A DNA stretch of 64,000 nucleotides from Granulicella sp. (GCA_965276885.1 OZ255702.1:1137286-1201285), one strand, 5' to 3'; positions 19,365 through 28,573 are shown, counted from the stretch's first letter. A program made the numbers and translations. Notes: generated from the sequence alone by a model not told the origin.

Positions 19365-19661
19365 TCAGCGTTCTCCCGACTCGTACCCCAGCGCTCGTTT
19401 GAGCTCGTCGACGTCACTGCGCAGACGAATCGCCGACGTCTGGACGTTGGTCAGTGCGTCCTGCCAGTTCTCGGCGTTGAACTGCCCAACGCGCATCTCC
19501 AGGCCATTCACCGCTTGATCGAGTTCCGCCACGGCTTCACGGACGCCCTCGTTGTGCAGGAGCGTGGCCTCGCGTGAGGGCTTCGGCTCATGCTCAGAGT
19601 GGCAGCCGGACAAAAGTGTTGCAGAAGACAGGGCAGCAAGCGTGAATTGGCGTCGATCCAT
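19365..19661 (-). CDS. Small putative Tat-exported lipoprotein
   Basis: DRRQF twin-arginine motif; LSGC lipobox; heptad-like helical remainder. Confidence 0.7.
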   Translation of the reverse strand: MDRRQFTLAALSSATLLSGCHSEHEPKPSREATLLHNEGVREAVAELDQAVNGLEMRVGQFNAENWQDALTNVQTSAIRLRSDVDELKRALGYESGER

Positions 19662-19717
19662 GCGCCATACTCGCAGGTCAGAATGTCATTCCGCAACGGT
19701 TTCATAGCTCCGGGAAG

Positions 19718-22426
19718 CTATTTAGGCGCGGGCCCACGCACCACCTGCACCAGATTCCCCGTGCTCAGCTGTCGCGCAAACGCGGCCTTTACATCCGCCG
19801 CGTTCAGCTGGATGTACTTTTTCGCCGCGACCAGCGGTTCATCCAGCGGCAGACCGAGTTCGGCGCGCGCGAGCATGCCCCCGGCGACGGCCTCCTCGCT
19901 GGATTCGCCCAGCGGAATCTGCCGCAGCAGCAGCGCCTTGGCCTGGTGCAGTTCCGCGGGCGAGACCTCTTCGGTGCGCATCTGGTTCAGATCGCGCTCA
20001 ATGAGTGCCCGTGCCTTTGCAACATTTGCCGGATCGCAGCCGTAGTCGACCGAATAGGTGGCCCGTGTCTTCGAGGCGCTGAGGCCGACATCCACCGTGT
20101 ACACCAGGCCGGCGACCTGACGCAGATCGTGGTACAGCCGCGTGGCGTAGAAGCCCCCGCCAAGCACATGCGTGCCCAGCTGCAGCGGGTAGTAATCCGG
20201 GCTGAAGCGGTTGATGGGCAGCTCCTCGGCGAGCATCACGGTGTCCTGCACCTGCTCGGCATCCGCCACGGACTGCGCTGTCGCCTTGTTCACAGGAACA
20301 GCCGGCAGCGTGGTCTCAGGCTTCGGTCCTGTCGCCTTCCAGTCCCCGAACCACCTGCCGATCACGGCCTTTGCCTCCTCCGGCGTCACATCGCCGATCA
20401 CGACGATGGTGGTCAGGTCGGGCCGGATCGTCATATTGTGATAACGCATCACATCCGCGAGCGTGACCTTGCTTACAGTCGCGGGCGTGGCTTCGCGCAG
20501 CACGGGATCGTTTGCCGGCAGCAGCCCCAGATCCAAAGCGCGCGTGGTGCGATATCCAGGGCTCTGCAGGTTGCCAGCGGTGAACTGCGCGGTCTGTTGT
20601 TGCGTGATCTCGAAGGCCTGCGGCGGCAGCGCTGGATGCAGCTCGTTGTCGGCCAGCAGCTGGACGCCGCGCGAAAAGTTCTCCTTGAGCACGGTCAGGC
20701 TGAAGCGATCCCCGGCACTCTCATTCGCGGCGATGTCGTCGAGCGCCTTTTGAAACTGCAGCCGGTCCATGGATTGGGTGCCATAGGAGTAAAGCCCGTC
20801 CAGCAGATCGGAGACGCCCTCCATGCCCGGCGGCGTCTGCAGATCCGCATTGTGCTTCACCGCGCCGGCCACCGTGATCGTCGGGCTCGTTTTATCGGTG
20901 CGCACGATCAGGCGAATGCCGTTCGGCAGCGTCGTATCGCTGGGCGTGATGTACTCGGTCGGCGGTTTTAGCTGCTCAAGTTGTGCCGCTGCCCAGGTCG
21001 GCAGCACAACGGGCTTGGTCGGCGCCGAAGTCACCTTCTCCGCGCCGCCAAAGCCGCTTTGGGCTACGGGTTTGTCGCTCGGCACGGCCTTCAGCGTGGC
21101 CGTGATGCTGCTCGCGTCAAGCAGGTACTGCTTGGCCACGCGATTCACATCCGCCGTGGTGACCTTGCGGATCGCCTCAATATCCTCTTCGGGAGAGTTG
21201 CGCCCCTCCGCCGCCAGCGCACTCGACCACTCCGAAGCGAGCCCTGGAATGGAGTTGCGCTGGAACTCGGCTTGTGCGATCTCGGCGCGCTTCGACGCAT
21301 CCACAAGCTCCTGCGGAACACCGGTCTGCGCGTAGTTCGCCAGGATTCCACGCATCGTGGCGATCGCGCCGGTCACATCCTGACCGGCCGGCTGCGCTAC
21401 GAGACCGAAGCCGACGCTGGCCTTGGGATAGCTCTCCGCAAACTGAAACTGCGCGGCCAAGGCCTTGCCGGCCGGCACCATTGCATACAGATCGCCGCGC
21501 TGTGACCCCAGCACATCCGCCAGGATCTGCGCGGCCGCATAGTCAGGCGAATCCGTGCCCGGCAGACGGTAGGCGATAAAGCCGAGGACATACGGCAGGT
21601 TGCTGTCGAGGGTGAAGGTCTCCGACTTCACCGGCTGCAGCTGCACCGCCGGATGCTGCGGCAGTGGATGGCTCGGGATCGACTCAAACAGCTGTTTGAT
21701 CTGCGCCAGCGTGGCGTTTGGCTGAACATCGCCGGCGATCACCAGAATCGCATTCGCCGGGGTGTACCACTGCTTGTAGAAGTCGCTCAGCATCCCCGCC
21801 GTCGTGGTATCGAACGAGGCTTTGGTCCCGAGCGGATCATGCGCATACGGTGTACCGGCAAACATGTCCTGATTCAGGCGGTCGAGAAACTTGTAGGTTG
21901 GGTTGGAAAGATCGCGCGCCACCTCCTGCTCAATGGCTCCGCGCTCCTGATCCCACTCCGCCTGCGTGTTATCGGCGCCGCGCAGGCAGGCCGCCTGCGC
22001 CTGTAGGGCAACGCTCATATCGGCCGCCGGAACGGTGGCATAAAACTGCGTGATGTTCTGCTGCGTATCGGCGTTGTTGTCGCCGCCCAGCTGCGCGTAG
22101 ATCGCGGCGGTCTGGTCGGCGGTCATGCCGGTGCAGCCGCGAAAGGCCATGTGCTCTTCCGCGTGGGCCATGCCCGGGTAGCCCTGCGGGGTCTCGTCCC
22201 CACCCACCATGAAGTTGGTTTCCACCGTGACCACCGGCGCCAAGGCATCGCGAATGATGACCACGCGCATGCCGTTGCCCAGCGTGGCGCGCGTGACGTT
22301 GGCGTCGGTGACGGCGGAAGTGACTGGAGCCTGCGCGGAAGCCGCGGTGAGGCACAAAAGCGACAGGGGCAAAAGCGACCGGAGATAACGACGGGGAAAA
22401 CTCACGAGCAAGCAACCTCCGCGCAA
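19718..22426 (-). CDS. M16-family (insulinase/pitrilysin) zinc metallopeptidase, secreted
   Basis: HAEEH fits the inverted zinc motif HxxEH; EQEVARD; duplicated M16 halves. Start uncertain by a few codons. Confidence 0.92.
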   Translation of the reverse strand: MRGGCLLVSFPRRYLRSLLPLSLLCLTAASAQAPVTSAVTDANVTRATLGNGMRVVIIRDALAPVVTVETNFMVGGDETPQGYPGMAHAEEHMAFRGCTGMTADQTAAIYAQLGGDNNADTQQNITQFYATVPAADMSVALQAQAACLRGADNTQAEWDQERGAIEQEVARDLSNPTYKFLDRLNQDMFAGTPYAHDPLGTKASFDTTTAGMLSDFYKQWYTPANAILVIAGDVQPNATLAQIKQLFESIPSHPLPQHPAVQLQPVKSETFTLDSNLPYVLGFIAYRLPGTDSPDYAAAQILADVLGSQRGDLYAMVPAGKALAAQFQFAESYPKASVGFGLVAQPAGQDVTGAIATMRGILANYAQTGVPQELVDASKRAEIAQAEFQRNSIPGLASEWSSALAAEGRNSPEEDIEAIRKVTTADVNRVAKQYLLDASSITATLKAVPSDKPVAQSGFGGAEKVTSAPTKPVVLPTWAAAQLEQLKPPTEYITPSDTTLPNGIRLIVRTDKTSPTITVAGAVKHNADLQTPPGMEGVSDLLDGLYSYGTQSMDRLQFQKALDDIAANESAGDRFSLTVLKENFSRGVQLLADNELHPALPPQAFEITQQQTAQFTAGNLQSPGYRTTRALDLGLLPANDPVLREATPATVSKVTLADVMRYHNMTIRPDLTTIVVIGDVTPEEAKAVIGRWFGDWKATGPKPETTLPAVPVNKATAQSVADAEQVQDTVMLAEELPINRFSPDYYPLQLGTHVLGGGFYATRLYHDLRQVAGLVYTVDVGLSASKTRATYSVDYGCDPANVAKARALIERDLNQMRTEEVSPAELHQAKALLLRQIPLGESSEEAVAGGMLARAELGLPLDEPLVAAKKYIQLNAADVKAAFARQLSTGNLVQVVRGPAPK

Positions 22427-22431
22427 ATGCG

Positions 22432-22821
22432 CTACAGGGCAAGGATATTCACATTGTAAAGACGAAGCTTCGGGTCTTCCGTGACTAGCCGGAGGTCTTC
22501 GGCAATGGCTTGCGCTGCGATCAGGCGATCGAACGGGTCGCCGTGGTGGAAGGGCAAGACAGCGGAAGCACGGAGATGATCTAAGTCAATGGGCAACAAG
22601 GAGATTCGCGTTTGCCGTAACAGAGTTAAAAGCGAATCAATATTCTCTCCGGGCAGGATAAGCCGGCCTTGAGCCAGCTTAATACTGATCTCCCATAGGG
22701 AGGCGTAGCTGAAATAAATTTCGTTTGCCGGGTCAACGATGATGGCGCCCAGGACAGGCTTTAGCCGTGCATCATGATTCACGGACCATAGGACCACGTG
22801 AGTATCCAGCAGCAATCTCAC
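22432..22821 (-). CDS. vapC: VapC-type PIN-domain toxin
   Basis: LLLDTHV; SLWEISIK; HHGDPFDRLIAAQA; LVTED. Confidence 0.9.
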   Translation of the reverse strand: MRLLLDTHVVLWSVNHDARLKPVLGAIIVDPANEIYFSYASLWEISIKLAQGRLILPGENIDSLLTLLRQTRISLLPIDLDHLRASAVLPFHHGDPFDRLIAAQAIAEDLRLVTEDPKLRLYNVNILAL

Positions 22822-23084
22822 GATTCAGGAGGAAAGAGTTCGCTTTCGTTGAAGAGCTTTGCGATCTCTGCATTCGTCTCTGGCGAATCCCAATCATCGG
22901 CCATCCACATCTTGCCCTTCATCGCTCCAAACAGGCCACTACGATCCGTCGCGATAGCCTCGGGTTTGGAAACGAGCGTTACCGCGAAACCATCTTCGCG
23001 GGTGATCTCGACCTGTTCTCCATGTTCGGTCGCGGCCAGGAGTTCCTGAAGGTGAGTCTGCGCGTAGTCGGCGGTAACGGTCAT
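22818..23084 (-). CDS. Phd/YefM-like antitoxin of the PIN toxin
   Basis: AQTHLQELL...GEQVEITR; G.MKGKMWMADDWD tail; 4-bp overlap with the toxin start. Confidence 0.85.
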   Translation of the reverse strand: MTVTADYAQTHLQELLAATEHGEQVEITREDGFAVTLVSKPEAIATDRSGLFGAMKGKMWMADDWDSPETNAEIAKLFNESELFPPES

Positions 23085-23329
23085 GGATGTAGGGTATGTT
23101 GCGGCTTAGCCAGGGTCAAGCCGGGTTTTCGCTTCGCGCAGGATGATGGCATCTGGCTGGCACTCTCACATCTGCCCCTTCATCGCAAAAGCCCCGATGA
23201 ATGGAACGCCTACGGCCATGAAGGCCCAATCGGTATCACACGTTCTGTCCAGAGACATCGCGAGGACCGGGCCATAGACTGCAGAAGCGCTTTCACCGGG
23301 GCTTCATAGATGCGCGATTGGTCATGCAG

Positions 23330-23390
23330 GGGAGAACACCGGAGTTGCCAAAAGCAACACGGCCCTGCGGGAACAGGGCCGTCATCTCCC
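23330..23390 (+). ncRNA. Structured leader (three-way junction) upstream of a small ORF
   Basis: GGGAGA/TCTCCC closing stem; hairpins GTTGC/GCAAC and ACGGCCCTG/CAGGGCCGT. Function inferred only. Confidence 0.45.
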
Positions 23391-23410
23391 AATGAAAGGA
23401 GGATGGAGCT

Positions 23411-23494
23411 ATGTTGCGTTTGCAATTGCGCTTCAGCCTTGCAATCCGTATACCCTTGCGGTGGATTGCAGCTCTGGTCTACCTACTGAAATAG
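23411..23494 (+). CDS. 27-aa hydrophobic, cationic peptide, type I toxin-like (not in ORF track)
   Basis: AAAGGAGG 8 nt before ATG; MLRLQLRFSLAIRIPLRWIAALVYLLK*. Confidence 0.6.
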   Translation: MLRLQLRFSLAIRIPLRWIAALVYLLK

Positions 23495-23502
23495 ACCAGA
23501 AC

Positions 23503-23536
23503 GGGCTTCCGGTGTATGAAAGCCACCGGAAGTCCC
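23503..23536. terminator. Strong hairpin between the small ORF and the convergent uvrC
   Basis: GGGCTTCCGGTG / CACCGGAAGTCCC: 12-bp stem with one bulge; no clear U tail. Confidence 0.45.
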
Positions 23537-23591
23537 ACCCAGAATAAGCCTTCTCCCTGCGATGTTCAACCAAACTTTCGTAACTCTTCAT

Positions 23592-25682
23592 TCAACTCTG
23601 GAACACCCGCAACACCGGCTGAGATTCGATGGTTGCCGTATCGGGCTGCCGAAAATGCTCCTGAATCTGTCGGGCGACCGAAGCGCTTACCACCGCCGTA
23701 AGCGCGTCGGGGTTGCTCTCCGCCGCCGCCTTCAGAGCGCGCACACTGCCGAAGTGCTCCAGCAGGCGCTGCCGGGTGCGCGGGCCCACGCCGGGTATCT
23801 CGTCAATCTCACTCACGCGATCGCGCATCTCGCGGCGCTTGCGGTGATAGCCGACGGCGAAGCGATGGCTCTCATCGCGAATCTTCTGGATGACATGCAG
23901 CACGGGCGAGCGGCGATCCAGCACCACGGGATCGTCCTCCTGCCCGTAAATGTAGATCACCTCCTCGCGTTTCGCGATCGAGGCCAGGGGTTGCGTGGTG
24001 ATCCCCAGCCCCTCCAGCGCCGCCGCCGCCGCGTGCAGCTGCCCAAGGCCGCCGTCGATCAGCACCAGCGACGGCATCGGCTTTTCATGCTCCTGAAGGC
24101 TCTTGTAGCGCCGGGTGACGATCTCCGCCATCGAGGCAAAATCATCCACGCCGGTAACGGTCTTTACCTGAAACTTGCGGTAATCCGCCTTCTTCATCGC
24201 GCCCTTTTCCCATACCACCATGGACGCCACCGTCTCCGCGCCCTGAATGTGCGAGATATCGAAGCACTCGATGCGCTCCGGCGGCTCGGGCAGGTTCAGG
24301 GCATCGCCGAGCGCCTCGGCCATGGCCTTTGCGCTCGGCTGCAGCACACGAAACCGCTGGTCGTAGCTCTGCTTGGCGTTGGTGCAGACTAAGTCGACAA
24401 GCGACCGCTTATCCCCCCGCTGCGGTGCGGCGATCTCGATCCTGTGACCGCTGCGCTCACGCAGCAGATCGGCAAGAATCGCACGATCCGGAAAATCCAC
24501 CGGCACATAGATGTGCTTGGGCACATAGTTCTGGTCGAGATAAAGCTGCTTCAGCAACGCCGAAAAAAAGGCTGCCGGCGAGAAGCAGGGTTTCACTTCA
24601 GCCGTCGCGGATGCGTCTCCTGCGCAATCCGCCTCAACCCCCAGCTCCGGATCGCCCACTTCAAACGGTGAGGTCAATACGGAGTGCTGTTCGGTTTGCT
24701 CTGTATCCGCGATAATGCCCGGTGCCGAGACGACCGGATTCGGCTCCAGCCGTGGCTCGGCCTCCAAATCCGACGCATCGTCGTCGGCCTCAATCGCAGC
24801 CGTCAATGCATCTGCAAAGTCCGGCAGATCCTCCCAGAAAAGATCGCGCCGGTCGACAATTTTTCCGCCGCGCATATGAAAAAGGTTCACGGCCAGCATG
24901 TCGTTTTCGAAGTGGAAGCCGAACACATCCGCGTCATCGGTTTCGGTTGTGTCGATGCGCTGCCGTTCTCCGGCCTGGTGCACAGTGCTGAGCTGATCGC
25001 GCAGCCGCGCGGCGAGCTCGAACTGCATGTTTTCCGCTGCCGCTCCCATGCGCTCGGTCAGCCGGCCTTCCAACTCTGCGGTCTTGCCGTCGAGGAATAA
25101 CTGCACATCGCGGATCACGGCGCGGTAGTCGTCAACCGCGACCAGACCCTCTACACACGGCCCCAGGCAGCGCTTGATGTAGTACTGCAGGCAGGGACGC
25201 GGATGGTAGCGGCTTAAATCCACTTTGCAACTGGGAATCAGAAAGCTCTTGCGCACTACATCGGCCAGACGGTGGGCCAGATTGCCCGGAAAATAAGGGC
25301 CAAAGTACGCTCCACCATCCTTGCGCAGCCGCCGTGTGACGAAGACTTTGGGATGCTTGTCGCCCAGCGTCAGCTTGACGTACGGGTAAGTCTTGTCATC
25401 GCGCAGAAGGATGTTGAAGCGCGGCTTGCGCTGCTTGATCAGGTTGTTCTCAAGCGCCAGAGCCTCATGCTCATTGGCGACGGTGATGTACTCCAGGTCC
25501 ACAGCCTCGCGCATCAGCGAGCCGGTCTTTGCATTTGCCTGCGAGGCCGCCAGGAAGTACGAACGCACCCGCGAGCGCAGGTTCTTCGCCTTGCCGACGT
25601 AGATGACCTCGCCCTCGGCGTTCTTGTACAGATAGCAGCCGGGGCCCGTGGGCAGCGTGCGGATTTTTTGAAGCAGGTCCAT
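23592..25682 (-). CDS. uvrC: Excinuclease ABC subunit C
   Basis: GIY-YIG start PGCYLYK...YVGKAKNLRSRV; RIECFDISH; DGGLGQ; RDESHRFA; HhH IPGVGP. Start ATG 25682. Confidence 0.96.
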   Translation of the reverse strand: MDLLQKIRTLPTGPGCYLYKNAEGEVIYVGKAKNLRSRVRSYFLAASQANAKTGSLMREAVDLEYITVANEHEALALENNLIKQRKPRFNILLRDDKTYPYVKLTLGDKHPKVFVTRRLRKDGGAYFGPYFPGNLAHRLADVVRKSFLIPSCKVDLSRYHPRPCLQYYIKRCLGPCVEGLVAVDDYRAVIRDVQLFLDGKTAELEGRLTERMGAAAENMQFELAARLRDQLSTVHQAGERQRIDTTETDDADVFGFHFENDMLAVNLFHMRGGKIVDRRDLFWEDLPDFADALTAAIEADDDASDLEAEPRLEPNPVVSAPGIIADTEQTEQHSVLTSPFEVGDPELGVEADCAGDASATAEVKPCFSPAAFFSALLKQLYLDQNYVPKHIYVPVDFPDRAILADLLRERSGHRIEIAAPQRGDKRSLVDLVCTNAKQSYDQRFRVLQPSAKAMAEALGDALNLPEPPERIECFDISHIQGAETVASMVVWEKGAMKKADYRKFQVKTVTGVDDFASMAEIVTRRYKSLQEHEKPMPSLVLIDGGLGQLHAAAAALEGLGITTQPLASIAKREEVIYIYGQEDDPVVLDRRSPVLHVIQKIRDESHRFAVGYHRKRREMRDRVSEIDEIPGVGPRTRQRLLEHFGSVRALKAAAESNPDALTAVVSASVARQIQEHFRQPDTATIESQPVLRVFQS

Positions 25683-25751
25683 GCGGGAAGACGTGTCGCA
25701 AGGGATTAGACGTTTGAGCGCGGGCCGCGATGCATGGGTCTGGTGGGTGGA

Positions 25752-25920
25752 AAAGCGAACGCAAAGGGCGCAAAGGGAAAACGCAGAGGTGCGCAAAGGG
25801 AAACTCCGTGCGCTTTGCATACTCCTCCGTGCGCTTTGCATACTCCTCTGCGTTCTTCGCGTTCATCTTCTGCGCCCTTTGCGTTCGCCTTTGCTGCCCT
25901 TTGCGTTCGCCTTTGCTGCT
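25752..25920. repeat. Palindromic CGCAAAGG/CCTTTGCG repeat tract with internal tandem duplications
   Basis: AACGCAAAGGGCGCAAAGG versus CCCTTTGCGTT; CTCCGTGCGCTTTGCATACTC x2; CCCTTTGCGTTCGCCTTTGCTG x2. Confidence 0.8.
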
Positions 25921-25948
25921 CCTTAAGAACGCGCGATAGCATCGAGCC

Positions 25949-26785
25949 ATGGCCGAACAATACGCAGGAATTGTCCATCAAAAGCAGAGTAGGGCCGCTG
26001 AGGCCGTTGCGGAGGCCGCGGCCATCATGGCGCGGCTGCGCGGTCCCGGTGGCTGTCCGTGGGATCGCGAGCAGACCTTCGACACCATCAAGCGGCACAC
26101 GCTGGAGGAAACCTACGAGGTCTTCGACGCGATCGAACGCCGCGCCTGGCCCGACCTCCGCGACGAACTCGGCGATCTGCTGCTGCAGATCCTCTTCTAC
26201 GCGCAGATGGCCGAAGAGGCCGGACACTTCAGCCTGCGCGACGTCGCTGAGGCGCTCAGCGCCAAGCTGATTCGCCGTCACCCCCACATCTTCGCGGATG
26301 CCGTCGCTCACGACGCCGGCGCGGTGCTGCGCCACTGGGAGCAGATCAAGCGTGAAGAAAAACGTGCGGCAGCCTCGGTGATCGAAGATCAGTCTGCGCT
26401 CGACAGCATCCCGCGCTCGATGCCCGCGATGCTGGAAGCCGCGAAGCTGGGCTCCAAAGCCGCGAAGGCCGGTTTTGATTGGCCGGATGCCGGCGGTCTC
26501 TTCGCAAAACTCGAAGAGGAGACGCAGGAGTTGAAAGCTGAACTCAACGCGGGCGCTCATGACGCCGCGGAAGCCGAGTTCGGCGATCTGCTGTTTACCG
26601 CAATGAATCTTGCCCGTCATCTCGGCATCGACCCGGAATCCGCTTTACGCCGCACAAACGCGAAATTCCGCAGCCGCTACACGATGATGGAGCAGCTGGC
26701 CGGCGGGACAGACGCTTTCGAAGCCGTCCCTTTGGCCGAAAAAGAAGAATTCTGGACGCAAGCGAAGGCTCGGGTGATCCCGTAA
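25949..26785 (+). CDS. mazG: Nucleoside triphosphate pyrophosphohydrolase MazG
   Basis: LRGPGGCPWDREQT; EETYEV; ELGDLLLQ; KLIRRHPHIF; EFGDLLF. Confidence 0.95.
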   Translation: MAEQYAGIVHQKQSRAAEAVAEAAAIMARLRGPGGCPWDREQTFDTIKRHTLEETYEVFDAIERRAWPDLRDELGDLLLQILFYAQMAEEAGHFSLRDVAEALSAKLIRRHPHIFADAVAHDAGAVLRHWEQIKREEKRAAASVIEDQSALDSIPRSMPAMLEAAKLGSKAAKAGFDWPDAGGLFAKLEEETQELKAELNAGAHDAAEAEFGDLLFTAMNLARHLGIDPESALRRTNAKFRSRYTMMEQLAGGTDAFEAVPLAEKEEFWTQAKARVIP

Positions 26786-26834
26786 GGACGATCCCATGCC
26801 CGTTAGAAATTTTCTGCATTGATTATGTTCTTTC

Positions 26835-26874
26835 TGTCATTCGCCCTGAGCATGGCCGAACGAGAGGGAATCTG
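26835..26874. repeat. Family B REP-like unit (GTCATTCGCCCTGAGC...GAGGGAAT)
   Basis: Near-identical inverted copy at 49926-49966. Confidence 0.65.
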
Positions 26875-26942
26875 TTGTTGCGCACCAGGGGAATCTCTGC
26901 ACAAGTCCTGTCATCGTCTTTGGGAGGGAGCGTAGGGCTTCA

Positions 26943-27100
26943 CAGGCTGCGGAAAAACTCTTCAGGAATCCAAAATTCGTAAAATTTGGAGGTCTGGCGA
27001 CATGGCAAAGTATCACCAAATTCGCATCGGTTATTTGTAGGGCATCCTCGCACGATGAGATTTTCGGGTCGTTCCTACAAAAGAGTTTTTCCGCAGCCTG
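26943..27100. mobile_element. 158-bp MITE with 18-bp terminal IRs, inserted in a TTCA hairpin loop
   Basis: CAGGCTGCGGAAAAACTC / GAGTTTTTCCGCAGCCTG; TTCA duplicated at 26939-26942 and 27101-27104. Confidence 0.85.
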
Positions 27101-27149
27101 TTCAGCCCTTGTATCTTGCATTGTGAGGCGTGACGATAGGTTACGTTTT

Positions 27150-27282
27150 GGCGGTGAGGCCGTTCAGCCCTGAGGCCGGTGAGAGCCGAGCCTGCCTGTA
27201 GATCGGCCCCCGTCCCTCTCTTTTTGACGCCGTGGAGAATCGGAGGCCTTGTGAGCCTGCATGTTCAAGGTTGGCGGAAAGA
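27150..27282 (+). ncRNA. Predicted bridge RNA with target-binding and donor-binding loops
   Basis: Two stem / internal loop / hairpin modules carrying TTCAGCCCT plus GTAG (target) and GGAGAATC plus CAAG (donor). Boundaries approximate. Confidence 0.75.
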
Positions 27283-27345
27283 GCAAGTCCGTGCGGAGCG
27301 GACGCGGGACGGTGCCGAAGCTCAGGGTAAATCCGGAGGAGAGCG

Positions 27346-28356
27346 ATGGGCAAGGCAGCAGTTTCCAGTCAGGCGTTTTGCGGAATCGATGTCAGTGCGG
27401 CGACGCTTGCCGCGGCGGTTCAGCGTGGGGACCGGGAGGGGTTCGAGCAGCGCGAGTTCGCCAACTCTGCGGCCGGTCACCGCCAGCGGGTCGAGTGGCT
27501 GGGCAAGCGCGGTGCAATGGTCCGGGTGTCGCTTGAAGCCACCGGCATCTACTCGCTGGACGTGGCCCTGGCGCTCGATCGGGCCGGCGGCCTCGAGGTC
27601 GCGGTGCTCAACCCCAAGACGGTCAACCGGTTCGCCCAGACGCTACGGCGGTCCAAGACGGACGCGGTGGCGCTGGCCGAGTACAGCCTGCGGATGCCGT
27701 TCGTTCCTTGGCAGCGGCCCAGTCCGGTGGCGCTGGCGCCGCGGGCGATCAGCCGGCATAGCGCCGCGCTCACCCGGGATCCTACCCGGGCGAGCAACCG
27801 GTTGCACGCCGCCGAGGGCTCGGCCACGACCCCCCGCTGTGTGCGGGAGGATCTCAAACGTTCGATGGCTGGGTTCGGCAAGCGCATCGCGCGGCTGCGC
27901 AAGCAAGCGCTGGCGATGGTTCGCCAGGACGCCGTGTTGCAGCGGAAGTTCGAGCAGCTGGTGGCCATGCCGGGCATCGCCGAGACCAGCGCGGTGCAGC
28001 TGCTCAAGCGAACTGGCGGGACTGGACCCGAAGATGACGGTGCGTCAGTGGGTGGCCCACAGTGGGCTCGACCCGGCGCACCGGCAATCCGGCACGTCGA
28101 TCCATCTTCCGTCGCGCATCAGCCGCCACGGCAACAGCCATCTCCGGCGCGCGCTCTACATGCCGGCGCTCGTGGCCTCGCGGCGCGACTCCCATCCGAG
28201 GGCTTTTTCTCAGGCCCTGCTGGGCAGGCAAAAAACCAAGCTCCAGGCCATCATGGCCGTAGCCCGGAAACTGCTTCACGCCATCTTCGGTCTCTTCAAA
28301 ACAGGAACAGCCTACGATGGAGCAAACTCTTTCCCCAACTCGTACCCACTTCCTAG
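27346..28356 (+). pseudogene. IS110 recombinase with two compensating frameshifts
   Basis: GIDVS, LEATG, QSGTS, ISRHGN, ARKLLH; extra A near 28006 and missing A near 28325; KTDxxDA shortened to KTDA. Confidence 0.85.
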
Positions 28357-28440
28357 AAAATCTTTTGCTCTTACCCCAGCAAATCCCTTGCAATCCAAAG
28401 AGAGAATCTACGGCAAAACGGCCAAATACAAGGGGCTTCA

Positions 28441-28573
28441 GTGTGTGCGTGAGAACTCAATGACGATTGCCCAAAACCGTGTAAAACAGACTAAATTTGT
28501 ATAGAAAACGAGCGCCACGGGTCGTAGCAAATCATATAAATGCGCACGTCCGGATGAGTTCTCACGCAGACAC
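28441..28573. mobile_element. 133-bp MITE with 19-bp terminal IRs, inserted in a TTCA hairpin loop
   Basis: GTGTGTGCGTGAGAACTCA / TGAGTTCTCACGCAGACAC (1 mismatch); TTCA duplicated at 28437-28440 and 28574-28577. Confidence 0.85.

Larger units (their letters stand above)
27110..28407 (+). mobile_element. IS110-family element (IS621-like: long left end, CT core)
   Basis: CT at 27108-27109 and 28408-28409; no terminal IRs; removal restores host TTCAGCC-CT-ACGG; DEDD-type transposase inside. Confidence 0.88.

Noticed and set aside
23210-23425. 71-aa minus-strand ORF
   Set aside because: No RBS or motif; it runs across the structured leader of the plus-strand peptide.
25752-25920. Possible CRISPR array
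   Set aside because: The repeats are directly tandem with no unique spacers, and there are no cas genes. The same applies to 19277-19324 and 45610-45672.
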